Below are positions 54,658-61,383 of a stretch of 64,000 nt of DNA, piece by piece. The position numbers were made by a program, and so were the translations under genes. The notes under the pieces were generated by a model, which was given only the letters and a program-made list of their open reading frames with translations, searched no databases and was not told the DNA's origin. The DNA comes from Alphaproteobacteria bacterium (GTDB lineage Bacteria; Pseudomonadota; Alphaproteobacteria; Rs-D84). The stretch is from assembly GCA_009777955.1 (NCBI GenBank), contig WRKW01000001.1, forward strand, positions 21,986 through 85,985. Direction: 5' to 3'. Position 1 is the stretch's first letter. The number at the start of each line of letters is the position of its first letter.

Positions 54658-56214
54658 TTATGATGTTTTTACTATTTCCGCACCTTCAAACAAACCCAGC
54701 GCGCCCGCAACCAAAGGATCTGCCGCCGCTGTGGCTATTGATTGTTCTTTGGCAGAAGGCAGTCCCGTTGATTCCGTAATTTGTTCAAGCTGCCATTGTT
54801 TACCCGTGTTATCAAACAGCCATTTGCCTAATTTTATTGCAAAATCTTTATCGCCTTTGCGATTAAAAAACTTAATGCGGCCGTTCACGAATTCAGAAAT
54901 TTCGATATTGTTGTTAAAATCCGACAACAACAGTATCTCTTTTGCAATATCCAGTGCTGTGGCAAGATCAGCGGCAGAATTAATATTGGCAAGATTATTG
55001 GTCGTCAAACTTTCGGTTCCGATATCATTTGGTTTTGTATCTTTATTTGCAATGATTTTTGTTTTGCTTTCTTCGCTTTGTTGTAACAATGTTGCTATTG
55101 GTGGCATATCCGCGATATGCATAAGACGTACTACCAGCATATCAAAGCATTGTTTCTGGTTTCCTGACTTTTGCATTTCTTCGACAGATGCGACCATAAC
55201 CTGCCACAGGCGTGACAAGGTGTTCAATGATACTTCAGCACACAGGCTTTGCATCTGTTCGCGATGATCTGCGGAAAAAGGTGCGCTTGCAATGCTGCCC
55301 GCACGAAGACTTGGGTGCATACGTGTGCACCAGTGTGTCCATTCCATCATATCGCCAAGCAACAATGATAAATCCGCCCCGTTTGCATAAAGAGTATCTG
55401 CTTTCGCAAGTGCCGCCGCAGTGTCATTTGAAAGCAGAGTCTTCATGAAATCCACAACCACGCCGCGATCTGCGCGCTTTAACATGTCCAATACTGCCGT
55501 GCGGTCAACCTTGCCGCCCGTTTGTGCAATCGCTTGGTCAAGAAGCGACAATCCATCGCGGACGGAACCATCCGCCGCGCGTGCAATCAGTTCATTTGCA
55601 TCTTCGGATAATTCGACTTTTTCCTGATCCGCAATCCATGCAAAATGTTTTTTCAATGTTTCAACAGCCACACGAACCAGATCAAACCGTTGGCATCGCG
55701 ACAAAATTGTTACCGGCACTTTTCTTATTTCTGTTGTTGCGAGTATGAATATGATGTGTGCTGGTGGTTCTTCCAATGTCTTCAACAGGGCATTGAATGC
55801 AGATGTCGATAGCATGTGGACTTCGTCTATGATATATACTTTGTATCGTCCGTTGGTCGGGCGATATTGCGCCGCATCCAATATGTCGCGCATGTTGTCC
55901 ACACCCGTATGCGAAGCCGCATCGATTTCCAGCACGTCGATATGCTGACCCGCCGCGATTGCAAGACAATTTTCGCAAATACAGCAGGGACTTGCGGTCG
56001 CTTTTGCACCGGAAAGACAGTTCAGGGCTTTGGCCAGAATGCGAGCCGTAGATGTTTTTCCAGTCCCGCGAATTCCAGTAAATATATATGCATGTGCAAT
56101 GCGGTCTGTGTTTATTGCAGTGGTAAGTGTTTTTACCAGAACATCTTGACCCATCAGAGTGTTGAAATCTTGGCTGCGGTATTTCCGCGCGAGTACGGTG
56201 TAATTTTCGCTCAT
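54658..56214 (-). CDS. dnaX: DNA polymerase III subunit gamma/tau
   Basis: 518 aa. Walker A GIRGTGKTSTARILAK, Zn module CLSGAKATASPCCICENC, and the DEVHML and SRCQRFDL motifs. Confidence 0.93.
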   Translation of the reverse strand: MSENYTVLARKYRSQDFNTLMGQDVLVKTLTTAINTDRIAHAYIFTGIRGTGKTSTARILAKALNCLSGAKATASPCCICENCLAIAAGQHIDVLEIDAASHTGVDNMRDILDAAQYRPTNGRYKVYIIDEVHMLSTSAFNALLKTLEEPPAHIIFILATTEIRKVPVTILSRCQRFDLVRVAVETLKKHFAWIADQEKVELSEDANELIARAADGSVRDGLSLLDQAIAQTGGKVDRTAVLDMLKRADRGVVVDFMKTLLSNDTAAALAKADTLYANGADLSLLLGDMMEWTHWCTRMHPSLRAGSIASAPFSADHREQMQSLCAEVSLNTLSRLWQVMVASVEEMQKSGNQKQCFDMLVVRLMHIADMPPIATLLQQSEESKTKIIANKDTKPNDIGTESLTTNNLANINSAADLATALDIAKEILLLSDFNNNIEISEFVNGRIKFFNRKGDKDFAIKLGKWLFDNTGKQWQLEQITESTGLPSAKEQSIATAAADPLVAGALGLFEGAEIVKTS

Positions 56215-56362
56215 AATCTATTCTCTTTTTTATCTGGAAAATGATAGCAGATAAAAAGAAAGTGTAAAGTGAAAAAGTGGAAAACTGTCAGGTTATTAGA
56301 CCAGATGCCAAAACCCGTCATAGCTTCGTCGTCGTTGTTGTAAAAGTCAATTAATTATAAAC

Positions 56363-56390
56363 CAAACGGCTCTCTTAACGAGAGCCGTTC
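56363..56390 (-). terminator. Hairpin terminator after the VirB10-like gene
   Basis: On the minus strand: AACGGCTCTCG-ttaa-GAGAGCCGTT followed by TGGTTTAT, about 35 nt after the stop. The same hairpin module occurs at 40441-40465 and 61353-61372. Confidence 0.6.
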
Positions 56391-56423
56391 AGGTTATAAT
56401 TCTGTCTGACAGTATCGGGACAA

Positions 56424-58901
56424 TTACAATATCGGTGGGAAGCAGTCGCCGTCGCCGGATGCAGGACAGCAAGAACCAGTGGGTGAATCGGGGCTGGTAA
56501 CGCTTGGGTCGAATACTTCACCCATGCTTGCACAACAGCCTTCATGATCCGGTGGGCTTCCGTCATCACAGCTTATACCCATAGAAACAGCGGGTGGTGG
56601 CGGTGGTGGTTTTTCAAATGGGTTTTTCAGCATGGTGCCGGCATCATTATATTGCAGTCCCAAAATCTGTTGATTATATTCCTGGGAACTCGGGGCCAAT
56701 ATTTGACCGCTTTGTGTGGTTATTCCGCCACGATTGCTTAAATCTTGCCAATAAGTGTTATATGCGGCTTGGGTTCTGCCCTGGTACATGTTTGATTTGC
56801 ACCAGAATTCCGCAGCCCGATAATCCAGGCCTTTTGCTTGTAATTGAGCTGCATCAAGTGCAACTTCGCCGGTATTGTTGCCATTATTATCTGTTTCACA
56901 AACGCCTTGCATGCTGGTGGTAAACGCGCGAACCTGTCCCATCCATTCTTCGGGGTTGTTTGACATTTTCAGTTGGTTGCTTGGATTTACATAAGGTCTG
57001 TAAAATTCGCTGGGGGCATGGATTGCACATTTTTTATTTTCGATACCTTCCTCGCCGCATGTTACTACCAGATCGGTTGGCGAAAATACTGTTATTCTGG
57101 TTCCGGCTGCGATAGAGAATGGCGGGGTGGTATTTTCCAACATATCCATGGTAAGTTTTTGCACAACCTTGTTCCAGGTGGATATTATTTCCTGTTTTGC
57201 AAGTTCGCTGGAACGAACTTGTCCGGACTGTGTCACTGTATTGTTATCAAGATCAATCTGATTCACGAACCTGTCCGATATAGGCGCGATAAGGTTAACG
57301 GCCGCAGGAACCACAGCTGTTATCATGGGCATAAGCATACTTTCTATATAGTCTGTGGTTCCGTATCCTGGCACTCCGGCACGACCCTGGCTGTCGGCGG
57401 AAAACGGTTCTTGATCGCCTGCAAAATTAAATTCCACGCCATCCGGTCGTACAAATCGGTACCATTTTATATCCATTCGTCCTATGGATCTGTATGGCCC
57501 TGGCAGTTCGCCCGTCATGAAACCCAACATCATGGTTCCGGCCGGAACTATTATTGTGCGGCCGTTATCGGAATATACGTGGCGATCGACAGTTGCTGTG
57601 ACCGGCAGATGCGACATGCGCTTTGGATCCGCGCGAATTTCTGAAACGATTGTCGCCGGTATAGGCTTGAACTGGCGCAGGACAAATGTACGGTCGTGTG
57701 GAACGCTGGATACGGTCGCTTCGGCACCTATGGAAGATGGCAAAAGACTGCTGACTGTTCTTTGTTCTCTCATTTCTATACGGGTGGCTTCGCCTGCCGC
57801 CGGGGTTGGGGCTGATGATTGTTGCGCCCTGTTTATTGTGCGACCGCTTCTTGCGCTGGAAAGATTTGGCAGGGCAAGATTTGCAGTAACACTGCGTGCA
57901 CCGATACGTTCTGAATCAGAGCCGATTGTCTTTGATTTATTCTTTATGTCATAAATCAGACCAGTATCCGGATTGTATTCGCCCGTGGGATTATTGCAAT
58001 CTCTGTCACTGAACGGATGGTACATATACCGACCGCCGTCTGCACGAATCCATCCAGAATGTCTTCCAGATAAATTATATCCAGCAAATGCGAATTCGTA
58101 ACACAGCTCTGCCGCTGGTGTAGCATCAATGATTACATCATTGGAAACTGGGGCTTGGGGACGGGGTTCCGGCACAGGCAACGGTTCTGGTTCGAATTCG
58201 GGTTCAAATTCTTGTTCGTACTCTGGTTCGAAAGGCAAATCTTCTTCAAAAGTAAGATCCGGTTCCAATGAATCAAAAACAGGGTCGATTTCTTCAAAAA
58301 TAAATGTTGGTTCCGGTTCTGTTATGCTGAACGGTTCTGTGTTTTCTATATTCGTTAATGTTTCCGGTTGGCGGGCGGGTATATTTTCATTTTTTGATTC
58401 TTTCGCCGATAACAGAACTGGTAACTTTTCCATTTCCGACATGCTTGCCGGTTGGGTTGCCGAATGATATATTATCTGGATTTCCGCACCAGTATCTTTC
58501 AGCGGAACATCCGGTTTGAATTCCAATGTTATGTTGCATGGAACTTTTGGCGAAATTACCCCCATGTTAGTGCAAGTGGAACGCTGGGTCAGCCCATGAG
58601 AATCGGGATCTTCCAATCCGGCGATTTTAACATCTGCAATCTTTACATCCGTTGTTGCTGAAACTTCGATTCTTTGGGTTCTGGTATCGCCGACCGTGAC
58701 ATCGCGCCATTCTATTTCAGTCGTATCCAGCACAATACCGATTTTTACAGCGGTGGTTGTTCTTTGCGTTTTTTTCGGACTGGATAATACTAGCAAAAGT
58801 AAAATCACTACTACCAGAAACGCCGCGAACAAAAGCAACCATTGCACATGAACAGGCAACTGTTGTCTAAGATTTGTGAAAAATTCTTTAAGTTTGCTCA
58901 T
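56424..58901 (-). CDS. virB10: VirB10/TrbI-family type IV secretion core protein with an extra N-terminal module and a Cys/Pro-rich C-terminal extension
   Basis: 825 aa. N-terminal TM WLLLFAAFLVVVILLLLVL, acidic/Pro-rich EPEFEPEPLPVPEPRPQAP, and TrbI-like core IPATIVSEIRAD..VTATVDRHVYSDNGRTIIVPAGTMMLGFMTG...GRMDIKWYRFVRPDGVEF...SQGRAGVPGY...AGTRITVFSPTDLVV. A tail of about 212 aa with 10 Cys and PPPPPP follows. Confidence 0.8.
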   Translation of the reverse strand: MSKLKEFFTNLRQQLPVHVQWLLLFAAFLVVVILLLLVLSSPKKTQRTTTAVKIGIVLDTTEIEWRDVTVGDTRTQRIEVSATTDVKIADVKIAGLEDPDSHGLTQRSTCTNMGVISPKVPCNITLEFKPDVPLKDTGAEIQIIYHSATQPASMSEMEKLPVLLSAKESKNENIPARQPETLTNIENTEPFSITEPEPTFIFEEIDPVFDSLEPDLTFEEDLPFEPEYEQEFEPEFEPEPLPVPEPRPQAPVSNDVIIDATPAAELCYEFAFAGYNLSGRHSGWIRADGGRYMYHPFSDRDCNNPTGEYNPDTGLIYDIKNKSKTIGSDSERIGARSVTANLALPNLSSARSGRTINRAQQSSAPTPAAGEATRIEMREQRTVSSLLPSSIGAEATVSSVPHDRTFVLRQFKPIPATIVSEIRADPKRMSHLPVTATVDRHVYSDNGRTIIVPAGTMMLGFMTGELPGPYRSIGRMDIKWYRFVRPDGVEFNFAGDQEPFSADSQGRAGVPGYGTTDYIESMLMPMITAVVPAAVNLIAPISDRFVNQIDLDNNTVTQSGQVRSSELAKQEIISTWNKVVQKLTMDMLENTTPPFSIAAGTRITVFSPTDLVVTCGEEGIENKKCAIHAPSEFYRPYVNPSNQLKMSNNPEEWMGQVRAFTTSMQGVCETDNNGNNTGEVALDAAQLQAKGLDYRAAEFWCKSNMYQGRTQAAYNTYWQDLSNRGGITTQSGQILAPSSQEYNQQILGLQYNDAGTMLKNPFEKPPPPPPAVSMGISCDDGSPPDHEGCCASMGEVFDPSVTSPDSPTGSCCPASGDGDCFPPIL

Positions 58902-58940
58902 TTTTCATAAGGCGCAATATGACAAGTCTGTCATATTGCG

Positions 58941-60437
58941 TTATTGTATTCTTACCACATGACAGGCGACCGATTGGAACTTTTGCAATTGGTTGCAAAG
59001 CGTCTGAGCCTGATCTATGCCCGCCAACGGGCCGATACGCAGACGGTACAGTCGGGCAGAGCTGTTACCACCACCCAAATCGCCAACACCTTGTTCATCT
59101 ATTGCGAAGAACACTTTATCCCTGTAAGGAGTCAAGATTCCCGCGCCCTCATCACCGCTGAACTTTGCAAGCATCGTAGTCCAGTAATCATTAAGTGCCT
59201 TTACCGATGTGTCGGATCGCAATTCTACCGCGACACCAGCCTGATTGCTTGTAATCAGCGGTATGTTTGTTTGTGGCAGATATGATCCCGCAGTATTGCG
59301 TTGTTGTGGTACCATGTTCAGACCCGGGCTGCCCAAAGGCATAGTTGTTGGCGCACCGTGCATTTGTTGCATCGGCATCATCGGAACTTGTTGCATTCCG
59401 TACATCTGCTGCATCTGCATCATTCCACCATCCATCACAGGCATGCCAAAATAGCCAACATTGTTAAGTGATTGGGACGAATGCATGCTGCGTGCGACAT
59501 TTGCTTCTGCCAGGGCCATTACGCTTGCGGTATCTGCGATCAAGAATGGCTTTTCACGTTTCTTGATGCATACAAGCCGTTGACCGCTGCGCAGAACCAT
59601 ATCGCCGACCGCTTCGACGATAAGCAGGCGACCGTGTTCTCCATCAGTCCTGAACCCTACTGGACTTTCACCGCCTTCGATCAATATTGATACAACGGGT
59701 CGCTGTGTCATAGCGATGACTTTGTCTCCGAAATCGATATAGGTGAATATGCGGTCGCGCCATACGCGTTCCGGGGCAATAACATAATCGTCGGGATTTG
59801 GAACGAATATATCCAGATCGAACCGGAATTCTGATGGATCTATTTTCATTGTTTTTATCCAGCCATAATCTTCGCCGTCTGCCCCAATTGTATTGGTTCC
59901 GGCACCACTTTTTCTGGGAAATATTGAATTCATTCCGCCGCCGCTTGTTTGTCCGGCAGATGCAAAATTAACGGGCATGCTTGAATTGCCATCCAGTACA
60001 ACATCGACCTGGGTATATGTGATTTCCGATGAATTCGATGGTTCGGATCGCAAATAGAACAGGTATATGTTCCCGGATTTTCCGGTGACGATAAGGTTTG
60101 TGTCAGACCCCATATTATTTTCCAGCGGGGATATAAGCATTGTGCGACTGCCTTTTTGGACATCAAACTTGAACAGGCCATCACTTCCAATATCCCCCGC
60201 TTCAATCGCTTCCCCCTGGGGCAGATTTACCATGGTAACCATTCCAGTGCGCAGTTTTATTGGCAAGATTGTGCCAGAGCTCCAGGTAAGCCTTGCATAT
60301 CCGGGTTTCAGTGAACCGGCGGCCATGTTGGCTTCTGGGTGATCCCATGCCTCTTGGATATTTGCGTGCGCCTTTCCGATAAATATGGAAAAGCAAAACG
60401 CAAGGCACAAGGCGCAAAGCATAGATAGTTTTTTCAT
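58941..60437 (-). CDS. virB9: VirB9/TrbG/CagX-family type IV secretion core protein fused to a Met/Gln-rich linker and a SPOR-like domain
   Basis: 498 aa. Signal peptide MKKLSMLCALCLAFCFSIFIGKAHA. N-domain ..LPIKLRTGMVTMVNLPQGEAIE...TNLIVTGKSGNIYLFYL. C-domain IAPERVWRDRIFTYIDFGDKV..RPVVSILIEGGESPVGFR..LLIVEAVGDMVLRSGQRLVCIKK. Then MMQMQQMYGMQQVPMMPMQQM, and finally ..LYRLRIGPLAGIDQAQTLCNQLQKFQSVACHVVRIQ. Confidence 0.8.
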   Translation of the reverse strand: MKKLSMLCALCLAFCFSIFIGKAHANIQEAWDHPEANMAAGSLKPGYARLTWSSGTILPIKLRTGMVTMVNLPQGEAIEAGDIGSDGLFKFDVQKGSRTMLISPLENNMGSDTNLIVTGKSGNIYLFYLRSEPSNSSEITYTQVDVVLDGNSSMPVNFASAGQTSGGGMNSIFPRKSGAGTNTIGADGEDYGWIKTMKIDPSEFRFDLDIFVPNPDDYVIAPERVWRDRIFTYIDFGDKVIAMTQRPVVSILIEGGESPVGFRTDGEHGRLLIVEAVGDMVLRSGQRLVCIKKREKPFLIADTASVMALAEANVARSMHSSQSLNNVGYFGMPVMDGGMMQMQQMYGMQQVPMMPMQQMHGAPTTMPLGSPGLNMVPQQRNTAGSYLPQTNIPLITSNQAGVAVELRSDTSVKALNDYWTTMLAKFSGDEGAGILTPYRDKVFFAIDEQGVGDLGGGNSSARLYRLRIGPLAGIDQAQTLCNQLQKFQSVACHVVRIQ

Positions 60438-60511
60438 ACTCTTTCCTTTAACAAATGTTTCAAGAGAGTTTCAGACATCCGGTATATACGGAAATTTATG
60501 CCTTTTGCTCT

Positions 60512-61192
60512 CTAAAAATCCAGCGGATCCCTGCCACCTTCAACCGTATATTCCGACACAAATATACCCAGCGGGTTTTCAAGACGACTTGCCCATTTTA
60601 TGGTATTATCGTCATTACGGTTAATTTTGAAATCTATTCCTATGATAATTGTATAATCTTTTCGGCCTATTTGTAAAGCATTATCCTCGCAGAAATATTT
60701 GAAATTTACTTCGTATGTCGAATTTCCCCTTTCGCCGCGTTTCAAAAGACTTACGGGGCGATCCGCAAATTCGACCCGGCACACCAGCCTTGAATCCGGC
60801 ACGTTGGTCATTATCGACTGGAACATCCTTGTCTGTGTGAATGCGTTATAGACTTCGGAACTGGACCATATGTTGACCATTCCGTTTTCACCCGTCCACC
60901 ATTTCCGTCGCATGACATTGATATTTGGTATGATTTCATTGCGGACTTTTATATATTCCCTTACAAAGTTTTCCTTGAATTCTTCGATATTCGCATCATT
61001 CGGAAAATAAGATCGCACGGTTATATGGCTGTCTGCGCGTGGTTCAGTGGTAAGAATGAAAATTTGGGTTTTCGACAGGGGCAAAATGTTGGACAAAGTC
61101 ACGACCAGTGCGACAACGGTCGCGAGCGCGGTCGCGAACACGAATGTCAGGATTCTGGACATTAAAATAGGCGGTTCTATGGTATTCATCAC
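60512..61192 (-). CDS. virB8: VirB8/TrbF-family type IV secretion inner-membrane protein
   Basis: 226 aa. Single N-terminal TM ILTFVFATALATVVALVVTL, FVREYIKVRNEI (family-typical F...Y...re.y) and C-terminal ENPLGIFVSEYTVE (NPLGF.V..Y motif). Confidence 0.7.
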   Translation of the reverse strand: MMNTIEPPILMSRILTFVFATALATVVALVVTLSNILPLSKTQIFILTTEPRADSHITVRSYFPNDANIEEFKENFVREYIKVRNEIIPNINVMRRKWWTGENGMVNIWSSSEVYNAFTQTRMFQSIMTNVPDSRLVCRVEFADRPVSLLKRGERGNSTYEVNFKYFCEDNALQIGRKDYTIIIGIDFKINRNDDNTIKWASRLENPLGIFVSEYTVEGGRDPLDF

Positions 61193-61282
61193 TCCCCCAT
61201 GCGGGGAGTGTAGTAAAAACCACTAACCCTTGGCAAGTGCTTTTTTAATTGCCGGATGTGCTTCAAATCATAATCCACAGCG

Positions 61283-61372
61283 GCAGGCATGACGATGGTG
61301 TCGTGCTTTACGCGACGCATTAATTGTTCATTCAAAAAAACGAAAGGCATGATGGCTCTCTTGCGAGAGCAG
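61283..61372 (+). repeat. Family C repeat plus hairpin between the giant repeat-protein gene and the VirB8-like gene
   Basis: GGCAGGCATGACGATGGTGTCGTGCTTTACGCGACGCATTAATTGTTCATTCAAAAAAACGAAAGGCATGATGGCTCTCTTGCGAGAGC. Confidence 0.8.
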
Positions 61373-61383
61373 TTCGGGTTATA

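Noticed and set aside
54658-56214. Programmed -1 frameshift site in dnaX (the gamma/tau split, as in E. coli)
   Set aside because: I found only short A-runs on the coding strand (e.g. GAAAAAAC, GGAAAAAG). There is no A-AAA-AAG heptamer with a downstream hairpin. Many bacteria do not frameshift, so the sequence gives no support.
56424-61192. Assigning the trio specifically to Dot/Icm (DotI/DotH/DotG), F-type (TraE/TraK/TraB) or P-type (TrbF/TrbG/TrbI)
   Set aside because: The gene order is compatible with all of them. The motifs I can recognise (NPLGF-like, TYIDF/LRSG.., TrbI core) are shared family features. Subtype assignment needs profile searches and phylogeny, so it is left open.
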